A stretch of DNA of 64,000 nucleotides from Desulfatiglandales bacterium. Its GTDB lineage: Bacteria; Desulfobacterota; DSM-4660; Desulfatiglandales; Desulfatiglandaceae. The translations under genes were made by a program, and so were the position numbers. The stretch lies in assembly GCA_963662465.1 (NCBI GenBank), contig OY759599.1, positions 2,976,001 through 3,040,000 on the forward strand. Reading direction: 5' to 3'. Within the stretch, counting starts at the first letter, position 1, and the number at the start of each line of letters is the position of its first letter. Below the pieces are notes generated by a model. It was given only the letters and a program-made list of their open reading frames with translations. It was not told the DNA's origin and did not search any database. Of the stretch, positions 1 through 11,463 are shown piece after piece.

Positions 1-852
1 CATTATCCCGAAGAACTCGAGATCACGGAAAAAAAGATTCAATCCCTTCCGGACCACCAGGTGGTCATTATCACCACCGGCAGCCAGGGAGAACCCATGA
101 GCGCCCTGAGCCGGATGGCCAGAGGTCAGCACAAGGGCATTGCCATACGCAAAGGCGACACCATCATCCTTTCCTCCAGGTTTATACCCGGCAACGAAAA
201 GGCCATCACATCGGTCATCAACAAGCTGTATCGTTTGGGAGCGGATGTGATTTATGAAAAAGTCTCCGACATTCATACATCAGGACACGCGCGGCAGTCA
301 GAATTAAAGATCATGTTGAGCCTCGTTAAGCCCCGATATTTCATACCGATTCACGGGGAATACCGACACCTGGTCAAACACGCCCGGATCGCCCGGGACA
401 TGGGAATGGACGAGGATCATGTGCTGATTGCGCAAGATGGCGATGTCATCTGCTTTGAAAAGGGCTCAGGAAAAATAAAAGACACGATCACAACGGGCCG
501 GATTTTCGTGGACGGCAAAGGCGTTGGCGACATTGAAGAGACCGTTTTGAGCGACCGACGAAAGCTCAGAAATCACGGCATGGTGGTGGTCCAACTGGTT
601 TTGGCGCAACAAACAGGTGAAGTTCTCTACGGCCCGGAGATGGTATCCCGAGGCTTTGTATTTGAAGATCAGGGACAATTTATCCTTGAGGACGCCCGAT
701 GTATCGTGTTAGAGGCGCTTGACGAAGTAAAAAAGACTTCCCCCGTGGATTGCAAAAAACTGGAAGCGGAAATCCGGAGAAGGTTGAAACGCTTTTTCTA
801 CAAGGTGATCGAGAGAAGTCCCCTCATCATACCGACCATCATCCCCATATGA
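1..852 (+). CDS. rnj: Ribonuclease J, C-terminal part (5' end outside window)
   Basis: TTGSQGEPMSAL, IPGNE, HTSGHA and PIHGEYRH motifs; lies upstream of ftsK. Confidence 0.95.
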   Translation, partial: HYPEELEITEKKIQSLPDHQVVIITTGSQGEPMSALSRMARGQHKGIAIRKGDTIILSSRFIPGNEKAITSVINKLYRLGADVIYEKVSDIHTSGHARQSELKIMLSLVKPRYFIPIHGEYRHLVKHARIARDMGMDEDHVLIAQDGDVICFEKGSGKIKDTITTGRIFVDGKGVGDIEETVLSDRRKLRNHGMVVVQLVLAQQTGEVLYGPEMVSRGFVFEDQGQFILEDARCIVLEALDEVKKTSPVDCKKLEAEIRRRLKRFFYKVIERSPLIIPTIIPI

Positions 853-865
853 GCATGCCAAGAAG

Positions 866-3160
866 ATGAAAAGAAAGAAACCATTAACCTCCAAATCCGG
901 TAAAGAGGAACCGCAATCCAAATCCCCTCACCCCCCCGCTACCGGGCATCCGCTCAAAAAAGAAATCCGGGGGCTTATGTTGCTGTTGCTGGCGGTGGTT
1001 CTGGGCGGCAGTCTTCTCTCTTATTCTCCCCATGATAGACTCATCTGGAATGTTGCGGGCGCCCTGGGCAAGGCTCACAACCTGTTTGGAACCGTGGGCG
1101 CCCATCTATCCGGCGGCCTGTTCGATCTTCTGGGCTTTGGCGCATTCTGGACGCCATTAATCTTCTTTGCCCTGTCTCTCATGGCATTCAAGAATCGCTC
1201 GCCCTTATCGCCCGTCAAAAGCATGATCTGCATTCTAATCATGTTCGCGTCATTTTCCGCCCTCTTAAACCTTCAGTTTCAAGAAGGGGTATCCTACCAA
1301 GGAACCGTCATGGCGGCCGGAGGACTCATCGGTCTTCACGTAGCGGGGTTATCCATCAGCATTTTGAATTTTTTCGGATCCTATATCTTCCTTGCCGCCA
1401 TTTTCACAATCTCACTGCTGGCGGTGACCCGCCTTTCCCTGGGATGGATTTTCTCCCGACTGAGATTATGGATACTGGGGGTATTCAAAAAAATCAAGGA
1501 AATCGCAACCAAAAGAAAGGATTGGGGAAAAAAGCCGGAAAAAACACTGAAGGAACAGGAAAAAAGGGCGGTAAAAACCCCGGTGGTCCGGGACAAAATC
1601 AAGAAAAAACCGAAAGTCAACATCGTGGAACCCCTTAGAAAAGACCCCCCGCCCCTTCCCCGGCAGGAAAAACTTCCTTTTATGCAAAGGCCTGGGGAAT
1701 TTAAACTCCCCTCCCTGGATCTTTTGCGCGTCCCTCCGGAAAACAAGAATGTCACCTTTCAGCGGGAAACCCTTGAAAGGAATGCCCGCCGTCTGGAAAA
1801 AAAGCTCGAAGACTTCGGCGTAGAGGGAGAGGTGGTGGAAATCCTTCCAGGCCCCGTCATTACCATGTACGAATACAAACCCGCTCCCGGAATCAAAATC
1901 AGCAAGGTAGCGGGTCTTTCAGATGACCTGGCCTTAACCCTCAAAGCCCGGAGCATCCGCATCGTAGCCCCCATCCCCGGCAAAGCCGCCATCGGCATTG
2001 AAATCCCCAATGACCAGCGGGAAATGGTCTATTTACGGGAAATGCTTTCCAGTTCAGCCTATGTGGATACCAACGCCAAACTGCCCATTGCCCTGGGCAA
2101 AGACATCACCGGTTCCGCCGTGGTGGCGGACCTGGCAAAAATGCCCCACCTGCTGGTGGCGGGCGCCACTGGAACCGGCAAGAGTGTTTCCATCAACGCC
2201 ATGATCCAGAGCCTGCTCTATTCACTTTCCCCGGACGTGGCGAGATTCCTGATGGTAGACCCCAAACGCATTGAGCTGTCCATCTACCAGGACATCCCCC
2301 ACCTGCTTCACCCGGTGGTCACTGAGCCCAAGGATGCCAACAAAGCCCTCAAATGGGCCGTTCATGAAATGGAGCGGCGCTATATGCTGCTATCGGACAG
2401 GGGCGTCAGAAATATCGATTCCTACAACCAAAAAATCGTAAAACAGCCCAAAAAAAGCGACTCATCCGAAAACAAGGACGAAGAGGGGAGCGAAGACAGG
2501 GGCATTGATCGGCACCTCCCCTATATCATCATTATTATCGATGAACTGGCGGACCTCATGATGGTCTCCTCAAAGGAGGTGGAGGAATCCATCACGCGCC
2601 TGGCTCAGATGGCCCGCGCCGCCGGCATTCACCTAATTATCGCTACCCAGCGACCCTCGGTCAATGTGCTGACCGGCACTATCAAGGCCAACTTCCCAAC
2701 CCGGTTGTCATTCCAGGTCTCTTCAAAAGTGGATTCCCGAACCATCCTGGACACCAACGGCGCCGAAAATCTCCTGGGCGACGGGGACATGCTCTTCATG
2801 CCCCCCGGCGTGGGCCGCATCATGCGCATTCACGGCCCTTATATTTCGGACGAAGAAGTCAAAGGGGTGGCCGATTTTTTGAGAAGTCAGAAAAAGCCGG
2901 ATTACGATACCAGCATCCTTTCCCACATGGTCGAAGAGGAAACCACGGATGAAGAGCCCGTTGAGATGGATGAAAAATTCGATGAAGCCGTGGAATTCAT
3001 CTGCAAAACCGGGCAGGCCTCCATTTCCATGTTGCAGCGCAAACTGCGAGTAGGGTACAATCGGGCCGCACGAATGATTGAAGTGATGGAAACGGAAGGG
3101 ATTGTGGGGCCCTCGGACGGGGTCCGACCCCGGGAAGTCTATGGCAGAAAAGGAGGATAA
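866..3160 (+). CDS. ftsK: DNA translocase FtsK
   Basis: N-terminal TM segments, Walker A GATGTGKS, DELADLM, ATQRPS, gamma domain SMLQRKLRVGYNRAAR. Confidence 0.97.
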   Translation: MKRKKPLTSKSGKEEPQSKSPHPPATGHPLKKEIRGLMLLLLAVVLGGSLLSYSPHDRLIWNVAGALGKAHNLFGTVGAHLSGGLFDLLGFGAFWTPLIFFALSLMAFKNRSPLSPVKSMICILIMFASFSALLNLQFQEGVSYQGTVMAAGGLIGLHVAGLSISILNFFGSYIFLAAIFTISLLAVTRLSLGWIFSRLRLWILGVFKKIKEIATKRKDWGKKPEKTLKEQEKRAVKTPVVRDKIKKKPKVNIVEPLRKDPPPLPRQEKLPFMQRPGEFKLPSLDLLRVPPENKNVTFQRETLERNARRLEKKLEDFGVEGEVVEILPGPVITMYEYKPAPGIKISKVAGLSDDLALTLKARSIRIVAPIPGKAAIGIEIPNDQREMVYLREMLSSSAYVDTNAKLPIALGKDITGSAVVADLAKMPHLLVAGATGTGKSVSINAMIQSLLYSLSPDVARFLMVDPKRIELSIYQDIPHLLHPVVTEPKDANKALKWAVHEMERRYMLLSDRGVRNIDSYNQKIVKQPKKSDSSENKDEEGSEDRGIDRHLPYIIIIIDELADLMMVSSKEVEESITRLAQMARAAGIHLIIATQRPSVNVLTGTIKANFPTRLSFQVSSKVDSRTILDTNGAENLLGDGDMLFMPPGVGRIMRIHGPYISDEEVKGVADFLRSQKKPDYDTSILSHMVEEETTDEEPVEMDEKFDEAVEFICKTGQASISMLQRKLRVGYNRAARMIEVMETEGIVGPSDGVRPREVYGRKGG

Positions 3161-3161
3161 C

Positions 3162-3830
3162 ATGCGCAAAATTTTATGGATAATCCCATTGCTGACGGTC
3201 CTGATAAGTTCGCCTGTTTTGGCGGAAGACGCCCTTTCAGATATCCTTCAGGGGATTCAGAATCGTTATGGGCACACGTCAGGGCTTTCCGTTCCCTACA
3301 CCCGGGACGTCATCACCCGCTCCATGAGCCTGCTGGGGACTCAGGCCAAAGGGGATTTAGCATCCGGCGTCATTCACTTCAAATCCCCTCACTTTCTGAG
3401 GCTGGACCAGGAAATGCCGGCATCCGAAACCATCATTGCCAATGATGAGATTTTATGGTGGTACATCCCCGACAAAAAGGAGGCCCACCAGTACCAGGCG
3501 AAAGATTTCGGCAAGGAACTCAGGTTGCTGGGTGATATTTTCAGTGGACTGGCCGAGGTTAAAGACCGTTTTCAGGTACAATTACAGGAACCTGAGGAGA
3601 ATGGAGACTACAGAATTTTATTGACCCCCGATCCGCCCTGGCAGGAAATTGATCGCATCGCCCTCACCCTAAGCCCCGCATATGAAATCCGTTGCGTCCG
3701 GATTTTTAATGCCTTGGGGAGCGTCACCCGGTTCAACCTGGGCGATTTCACCCTGGGAAAAACCTTTGCAAAAGGCTTCTTTGAATTTGTTGCGCCGCCG
3801 GGAGTCAAGGTCATTCCAGAATCTTCTTAA
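3162..3830 (+). CDS. lolA: Outer-membrane lipoprotein carrier LolA family
   Basis: ATG at 3162 after AGGAGG (3151-3156); signal peptide; C-terminal F.F..P.GV.V; ftsK-lolA synteny. Confidence 0.85.
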   Translation: MRKILWIIPLLTVLISSPVLAEDALSDILQGIQNRYGHTSGLSVPYTRDVITRSMSLLGTQAKGDLASGVIHFKSPHFLRLDQEMPASETIIANDEILWWYIPDKKEAHQYQAKDFGKELRLLGDIFSGLAEVKDRFQVQLQEPEENGDYRILLTPDPPWQEIDRIALTLSPAYEIRCVRIFNALGSVTRFNLGDFTLGKTFAKGFFEFVAPPGVKVIPESS

Positions 3831-3885
3831 TTTTTGCCAGCAGCATTTCCCGATCAGGGGGTATCCTCATAACCTAGGCATTGCT

Positions 3886-4974
3886 CTAAGTTTTTCTTTT
3901 GTCAAGAAGGTCATAGGAAATGGCATCCTGTGGCAGAGCCACGATGGCATCCTCCTCACGAAGCCGTGGCAAACAAATGTTGACCCGCGTCCAAAGGCCC
4001 TGTTGACTCTCGATGAAAACCGTTCCCTTATGGAGCCGAACGATTTCCCGGACAATGGCAAGGCCGAGTCCCGCCCCACCGTGTTTTGTGGAACGGGATT
4101 TATCCACCCGATAGAACGGCTCAAACACCTTAGGCAAATCTTCTTTGGGGATACCCGGGCCGGTATTGTAGAGTGTAAGATGTATCCGGCCCTTCTCTGT
4201 AAAAGCTTTAAATACTATCCGGCCTTCTTCCGCATTGTATTTGATGGCATTGTCCAAAAAGGAAAACTGGAATCGATCAAACATTTCGTTCAGGCAGGCA
4301 GCAAGGTCATGGATCTCATCGCGGCTCCTGCTCAGAGGGATTCTTTTCTCCAGCGTGTTTTCGTTAATATCGCGGGCCAGTTGGTTGATGGCGGCAATGG
4401 GCTTCACGATCCGGCCTGCCAGCACATAGCTCAATCCTACCAGCAAGATCGTCGATACCACCAAACCAATACCGATGGCGGCCAGTAAATCGGAAATTTC
4501 CTCTTCCAGGTCTTCCATGGGCTTGGCAATCTGGATCAGATAGGGTACACCCCTGATATCTTCAGCAAAGCTCCGCACTCTGAATGTGACATTATCCTCG
4601 TCGCCCTGGTGAAGATCCATCCGTTTTTTGGGGACTTGTTCGCTGATCATGTACGCCTCTTCACCTTTGTCCCGATACAAGGGGAGATCCACCAGCCTGG
4701 ACAACTCCGATTCATATACCGTACGCAGGTCCTGATCGTACACCTTTATCCAATAATGCTCCGAAGAAACAGGCAGCACGATTTCCGGCGCGCCCATCAA
4801 CGGTTTTATCCTGACCAGTTGCTTTGCCACGGCGGCCGCGGCCGTCTTCAACTGCGCGTCAATCATTTCCAAAGGCTGTTCCCGAAGTTCCAGAAAAACC
4901 ACCAGCGAAAAGACCAAACTGGTAAAAAACCCGGCGCCGGCAACCCAGAGCATGATCCTGTGACGGATTTTCAT
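3886..4974 (-). pseudogene. HAMP sensor histidine kinase with in-frame loss of the HisKA/DHp domain
   Basis: HAMP (DEIHDLAACLNEMFDR) runs directly into the N-box LDNAIKYN; no H-box; G2 box GAGLGL present. Confidence 0.8.
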
Positions 4975-5485
4975 CAGTCTTTTTCCTTGATAATGTAGCC
5001 GACGCCCCGGATGGTCCTGACAATCCCGCCGTTGACATCTCCGATCTTGTGCCGCAGGTTTTTGATATGGACGTCGATATAGTTGGACATGGTAAAGGGA
5101 TCAAAATCCTCACCCCAGACATGTTCCGCCAGGCTGAAACGCGATACGGCCCGGTTCTTGTTGTACAAAAGAAACTCTAAAATGGCGAACTCCTTGGGAG
5201 TCAACTGCACGGGCTTGCCACCGGCCGTCACCTCGCGACCGATAGTGTTCAGTTGGATGTCGTCGATTTCCAGAATGGGCGTGGCATGTTCCGTGACCCT
5301 TCGGAGCAGGGCGCGCACCCGCGCCAGCAGCTCGGCCGCGGAAAAGGGTTTGGTCAGGTAGTCGTCCGCCCCCTGGTCAAGCCCCTTGATCCTGTCGTCG
5401 ACCTCGCTCCTGGCTGTCAGCATGAGGACGGGCGTCCCGATTTGGGCTTCACGAACCTCCCGCAACACCAATAACCCGTCTCTTT
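4974..5485 (-). pseudogene. OmpR-family response regulator lacking the N-terminal half of the receiver, fused in frame to an SLC13 fragment
   Basis: DGLLVL..PVLMLTA..GADDYLTKPF receiver C-half plus winged helix IRGVGY; acidic pocket and phospho-Asp absent. Confidence 0.85.
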
Positions 5486-7480
5486 TAGTAACAACCATGC
5501 CGAGGGCGCCCAGCATGAGGCAGACCGATAAGGGAATCGGATTATAGGCGCGAGTTTGAAAATAGAAACTCGAAAGGATCATCAGAAAAAGAGCGGTCAA
5601 GAAAGAGATCAAGGCCCATTTCGCTTTTTCCGGTTTGTGAAACTCCTCCTCGAAGTGCGAGATGATGATAAAATTTTGATGGAGATCCTGGAGTGCATGA
5701 AATTGTTCCCAGGTGCCCTGGATCAGAACGGTATCACCGGATTGAAGAGGGAGATCGGCCAACTCCCGATAGTAGGTCTTGCCGGCCTGATGGATAGCCA
5801 GTGCATTTACGCCAAAAGTCTCACTGAAACGGATTTCTTTTATGGTTTGGCCAAGCAGAGTGGCGCGTGGAGAAACCACCGCTTCCACGATTCCGGCGAC
5901 GGAAGGGTTAAATATCGTATTCTTGAAACACTGAGGGTCTTCCCGGAGAAGGAGCCCGTATTCCCGAACGAAATCCCAGACCCCTTTCTCGGGACCATAC
6001 ACACACAACACAAAATCGGGTTGAATACTATTGTTCGGAAGCGGGGTCATATTGCGCGTACCGTCATCCCTGGCGGATGCCACGATGGTCACCAGAAACC
6101 GTCGGCGAATGTCCACTACCTCCCACGGGCCTTCTCCCGGTCGATAATCCTCGGGCACAAAAATTTCATAGGGTCCGGTGATCAACGGGTATGAACTAAG
6201 CATACTATTTTCAACACTGCCTTGGAGATCGTTGCGCAAAACGGTCAGGTTCGCCGCGCTTCCAGCGAGCAACCGCATTCCGACGGTGGAAAGATAGGCG
6301 ATGCCACCGATGACGAGGCCCAGGCGATGGGCGTCAGTTCGAGGAAACCGAACTTGGCCATGCCCGGCGGCAAGATGTCGTTCAGCAGAATCAGCGGACT
6401 CGTACCGATCATGGTCAACGTGCCGCCGAGAATCGCGGCCATTCCGATGGGCATGAGAACACGGGAAATGTGGACTTTAAGTCTATGGGAGGCCACAAGA
6501 CGGATGGCGGGCAAAAAGAGGACGGCGGCCCCGGTGTTTTGCATAACGCTGGATATGACCGAAATCAAACCGGAAAAGACCACCACCAGCCGGGAACTGC
6601 TCTTCCCCACGAATCCCAGCAGGGGTGCAATGAGCCGGTTCACCAAACCTGCCCGGTTCAGACCGTAACTGATAATCATGACCCCGATGATGGCGATTAC
6701 CGCGTTGCTGCTAATCCCTCGAAACGTGTCTTCGGCCCGAAGCAAACCCAGTTCGGGAAGCGACACCATCATCAGGATACCGACCACATCCACCCGTACC
6801 CATTCAAAAATAAAGAGAATGACCGCGATGACGACGAGCAACATCAACAGTTTGGTGCGTAAATGGGTATCGACTTCAAGGGGCACGCTCGCAACCCCCT
6901 CGTCGTAAATCTTGTTTCCGTCCGGGGTGGTCAGTTCCGAAAAAATATCCAGCCAAAGCGCGTGCCGCCCTGCTTTGGTTTTGGAATCCACGGTGTATTC
7001 AACTGTGGTTATCAGCGGGCCGGCGGTATTCCCTTCGGGGACGGGGAATTTCACCAAAATATGATAGTGGGGTCTGTCCGGGTAAGCTTTGTCAAGGAAG
7101 GCGATGCCACTGTCCCGCGGAGAGGCTATCCATACGGTTACACCATCGCCGGCATTCTTTTTCCAAGCCAACGGGCAGCTATCGGCATTTCCCGACGGAT
7201 TCAGGCGAGCTTCGAGTTCAAAGCTTCCGGTTTCGCCGGCGATCAGGGTTCGAAACACCGGTTCCATGCGCACGGAAACATGGCGCGGCTGCCGTGAACG
7301 GGAAACGGGGTCGACGGTTTCCGATTCCAGCATGGGGGGCTCTTTTTTTGCCCGGACGACTTGCGCCGTTTCTGAAGAATTCAGAGTTCCGACAATAGCA
7401 GCCATGGTAGCCAGGAACACCACGATAATGATCCATTTTTTAGCCATCATCAAGCCCGAAGTTTGAATGAAATTGCGCAT
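5486..7480 (-). pseudogene. SLC13/DASS family permease with TrkA-C domains; frameshifted and 3' truncated
   Basis: SSVMQNTGA and GGTLTMIGTSPLI motifs; frameshift near 6325 (one extra G restores ELTPIGLGLVIGGIAYL); last TM helices replaced by the regulator fragment. Confidence 0.8.
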
Positions 7481-7496
7481 AATTTGTCAGAGCGCG

Positions 7497-8513
7497 TCAC
7501 CGGGTGCTAACAGGAAATCTGGCAGTAAATGTCACCCCTTTTTCCTGGTTTGGATGAGAAAAAATCCGCCCGCCGTGGGCCTCCACGATTTTTTTCACGA
7601 TGGGCAGGCCCAAACCAGTTCCCTTGCTCTTCTTGGTGAAAAACGGCTTGAAGATATTTTCGCCGTCTTCCGCTGCTATCCCAGGGCCGCTGTCGATCAC
7701 ATGAAGATTGACCCCATGGTGATCTACGACTGTCTTTATGGTTACATGTTCTCCAGAGGGACTGGCCTCAAGGGCGTTCGTCACAAGGTTCAAAAGCGCT
7801 TCTTTGACTTTCGACCCATCCAGCATAAGCGGAGATAAAAGAGGATCAAGGTCTGTATCGATGACTATCCGGACTTTATCGGCTACGGGACGAACCGTCT
7901 CCGCAACTTCCCGGGCCAGATCGTTCAGATTTGTCCTTTTGAGTCGGAGCTCCGCGGGCTTTCCGAAATCCAGCATTTCCTTGACCATCGTCTCGAGACG
8001 CCCCGTCTCCTGAATGACCACCTGGAGTTTTCTCTGTTTGGGATCGTTTTCCTCCAGTGCTCTGGAAACCTGGGCCGTAAAACCGCCGATGGCCATGAGC
8101 GGCATTTTCATATCATGCGCCAGCTCCAACACGGTCCGGCCCACGGCGGCAAGACTCTCCGCCCCAACAAGGGCACTGTGTTTTTTTCTTTCCCTTTCGA
8201 CCAGTATCCCGAGTATCAATGCGATAGCAAGGTAGAGGCAACCTTCCAGGATTTCATGGAAATCTTCGAGGGAAAATCCGTGCCAATGTGCCATAACATA
8301 AGGGAAGAAAAGCAAGATCATTGCCAGGGCAATCGTTATGGAACCTTTGATTCCGAACCAGAAAGTTCCCAAAATGAGAGGGATATAAGAAAGTACTCTG
8401 TAAAAGGCGTGTTCGTAGGCCATATGGTAAAAGGTGAAATAGTTCAAACAAAGCAAAGCTGCAATGAGCGTGGTGATAAACACCATACGCTTCCAATCTT
8501 CATGATATGGCAT
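7497..8513 (-). CDS. Membrane-bound sensor histidine kinase
   Basis: Several N-terminal TM helices, H-box LAHDMKMPL, N-box NLVTNA, DSGPGI, GTGLGL. Confidence 0.88.
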   Translation of the reverse strand: MPYHEDWKRMVFITTLIAALLCLNYFTFYHMAYEHAFYRVLSYIPLILGTFWFGIKGSITIALAMILLFFPYVMAHWHGFSLEDFHEILEGCLYLAIALILGILVERERKKHSALVGAESLAAVGRTVLELAHDMKMPLMAIGGFTAQVSRALEENDPKQRKLQVVIQETGRLETMVKEMLDFGKPAELRLKRTNLNDLAREVAETVRPVADKVRIVIDTDLDPLLSPLMLDGSKVKEALLNLVTNALEASPSGEHVTIKTVVDHHGVNLHVIDSGPGIAAEDGENIFKPFFTKKSKGTGLGLPIVKKIVEAHGGRIFSHPNQEKGVTFTARFPVSTR

Positions 8514-8789
8514 GATTCATCTCCGGACGGCAGGGGACACTCCCTCACAGGTTGCTATCCTTGTTGGAGGTCCTCCTGGATCTGTTCTACGGTTTTCCTG
8601 AATCTGGCCCAGTCAATTTCCAGTTGCTCCAATCTTCCTTGACTCGCATAAGATTTGTCAAGTTCCTTACGCAGTTTGATCCATATTTCCTAATTAACGC
8701 ATGACCCTTACCAAAAGCTTTCGAAGAGATTACAATCCGGTAATGTTCTTTGAAAACCATTTGATCCTTGAAAAGTCGAAAGGTATTTT

Positions 8790-10064
8790 GGTCCCATATT
8801 CCCCTTGGGTGAATGCGATCTGCTGTTGTGCATAAAGGCCTCCGAGAGAATAGTAGACCTCTTTTGGCAGCAAATCCGGCTGTTTCAGTGCGGATTTGAT
8901 ATCCCGGATGACCGAACCCATGTCGCGCCCGGTGATGCGCCCGGTTACCGCGATCATCCGCTTGAGGTCATCCCGCATAATCTCGGGTTGCCCCGTAACG
9001 GCCGTAAGCGATGCAATCCGCTTGAGTGGAAAGAGATGCCCATCCGGGGCACTAAGGCGAAGGTCAAGCAAATCCCGGGGGTTTTGCGCACGCCGGCCGG
9101 AAGCCACACGCGCACGCCCACCATTTTGGGACCTTTCCAGACGTAGGTGGTGACCACGCCGGACAAAAGATCGGTCAGCATGCGCGTTACGCCATCGGGA
9201 TCTACCCCCTCCAGGGAGGCCTTGTCCCGGTTGACCCGAATATCCAGCGCGTCGCCCGCCAGGACAATGCCGTCCTTGACATCCACCACGCCCGGGATTT
9301 TGCGGATGGCCGCGGCAACCTCAGGTCCGAGCCGAATCAGAAGCGTGCCGTCAGAGAATAAAACCACCTTCATCCATCCCGGGCATAAATCCCGAACCCA
9401 GGTTTTGGTATGAAAACCAGCCGGCGAGAAGTAAAGGGAGGATGATTATGATCACAAGCCCAGGACGGGCCATGACGATCTTCATGAGCCTTTCGTAGGT
9501 TCGATGGAAAAACCGGATCAAGGCGCCTCCCTCTTCCTGGCCCGCATCTTTTTGGCCAAGCAAATGATCCGCAAGGAGCGGTACGGCCAACCACGCAACA
9601 AAAAAGGAGATGATGAGGCTGGAGGCCATGGTCAGGGAGAGGGATCTGAAGAATGCGCCCGTTACGCCAGACAGAAACGCCATAGGCGTAAAGATAATAA
9701 TGGTGGAAGCGGATGATCCGGCAAGGGGTCGGGCGAACTCCCGTGCGGCCGGCATTACCCGGCCATGGTGTTCACCGGGGAATTCACGCAACCTGCGAAC
9801 AATGTGTTCCTGCATCACGATCATATCATCGATGATGAGGGCCACCGCGGCCGCCATTCCCCCAAGGGTCATAATATTAAAACTCATATTCAGGGCGTAT
9901 AGCAACAGGACTGTGCCGACCAACACACACGGGACCGTCACTGCGGCAATCAGGGTCATTTTTATATTTCGCAAAAAAACCCACAGAACAAAAACGGCAA
10001 AAAATATCCCCATGAGAATGGCATCCCGTACACTTCCGGCAGAAGAAAGAATCAGTTCACTCTG
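8790..10064 (-). pseudogene. RND efflux permease (AcrB/CusA-like) fragments
   Basis: [42 protein letters not shown] segments; internal deletion at ~9355, a further frameshift, both ends missing. Confidence 0.8.
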
Positions 10065-10484
10065 GCGTAATGACCGCCACTGGCTGTATTTACAGTAAGT
10101 CCAATATCGAAAAACTTTATTATAACAAGATGGCCTTTACCCTCATCGATACCAAAAACCGGTAAAGCGGTCAGGGTGTCGCTCAAACCGGATTTTTTTG
10201 AAATGGCGCTCAAATCCCCCTTTGTACAAAAACGCAAGGCCGGCGTACCGCCTCAGGACATTAAACCGGAAATCACAGCTCCGCTGGTGGAACGTATCAA
10301 AGGCCTGCCCGAAACCCAGTTTCTGGATATTGGTGAAATCCATACCGTGGATTTTAAGCCGGGCAAGGGGGTTTTCGAAGCCAAACGCTGTGATAACTGC
10401 GGAGAAGTCACATTTGTCAACAAGCTGCGGATGGAGGCTGATGGAAAGGTTGTCTGTATTCCCTGTTCCGAATATGGCGAGTAA
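10064..10484 (+). pseudogene. FmdE-family protein with C-terminal C4 zinc finger; 5' deleted and frameshifted
   Basis: [22 protein letters not shown], frameshift in A-run 10154-10158, then CDNCGE..CIPC. Confidence 0.7.
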
Positions 10485-10566
10485 CCGAACCGGAAAGTAA
10501 AAACGGGGTGATCCTCCCCCGCCTGGTCGTGGGGTGGTTCACCCCTGTTATCGGGAGGACATACAA

Positions 10567-10854
10567 ATGATTATTGCTCTGGTGACGAGCGCCACCCTGG
10601 TCCTTGCCTTTATATTCTCCATGCTGGGATTAGGAGGCGCAATGCTCTATATCCCCGTATTCCACCGGTTCGGTTATGATTTCAAATCCGTAGCCATTCC
10701 AACAGGGCTGCTGCTCAACGGAATTACGGCGCTGTCCGCCGCAGTGTACTATCTTCGGTCAAAGATGGTGGATATCAAAGGGTCTATTCCGTCAAGCTTT
10801 TGTGGAAACTTTTCCTGTGACGGTACATCCTTCCAGCTAATCCTTTATGAATAA
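10567..10854 (+). pseudogene. TauE/SafE (sulfite exporter) family, N-terminal fragment
   Basis: FSMLGLGGAMLYIP motif; GGAGG RBS; ends after about three TM helices. Confidence 0.7.
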
Positions 10855-10962
10855 AAAACCCCTGGCTCCCCCTGGTCCCGATGGGTAGCGACGCCGCCAC
10901 CCCATACCTCAGGTCCAAGGGGACAGAAATCGTGGAGAGTGTCACAGAGGAGACGTAGGCAA

Positions 10963-11463
10963 CTAAAGCGTCCGGCCCTTGGTAATCATTTGGGCGGCAA
11001 ATTCCCGCGCATCCTTAATATCCGCCGAATCAGGATGATCCGAAGCGCTCTGCGCCTCCAGTGCCCAGGCCTTATGCTCGGCTTTTTGCATGAGCCCCTC
11101 GATGATTTCGGGCTTTACCTTGCCCCGACAGCCGAAGGTGCCAAGCACGGTCAAATGGGCGGCCAGGGTAACAGCTTCGTAAAATGCCGTTATGGCCAAT
11201 GTACCGCCCCGAAGAGACCCATGTGTTGAAAAGAACGCAATCTTTATCCCTTTGGGAAGACCCTTGATGAAATTGGCCATTTTTCCCGGAACGCCATGGC
11301 TTTTCACGGGAAACCCGATAAACAGCACATCATATTCATCTACACCAGCGACTTCATCGAGTTTGATGAGTTCCTTTTTCGCCTCTTTAATGCCATCGTA
11401 TATACCCTGCGCAAGTTTTTCCGTATTCCCGGTCTCAGAGTAGTAAGTCACCAGAACCTTCAT
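10963..11463 (-). CDS. Flavodoxin-family protein
   Basis: YYSETGNTEKLA FMN loop; C-terminal HPD...D...A..FA; GGAGG RBS. Confidence 0.9.
   Translation of the reverse strand: MKVLVTYYSETGNTEKLAQGIYDGIKEAKKELIKLDEVAGVDEYDVLFIGFPVKSHGVPGKMANFIKGLPKGIKIAFFSTHGSLRGGTLAITAFYEAVTLAAHLTVLGTFGCRGKVKPEIIEGLMQKAEHKAWALEAQSASDHPDSADIKDAREFAAQMITKGRTL

Noticed and set aside
3682..4488. 268-aa plus-strand ORF and other long antisense ORFs (e.g. 13957-15084, 39266-40297, 40557-41690)
   Set aside because: Shadow frames opposite recognisable genes; no motifs
8547..8700. Short coiled-coil-like reading (..EIDWARFRKTVEQIQEDLQQG) on the minus strand
   Set aside because: Broken frame with no start; too short to assign
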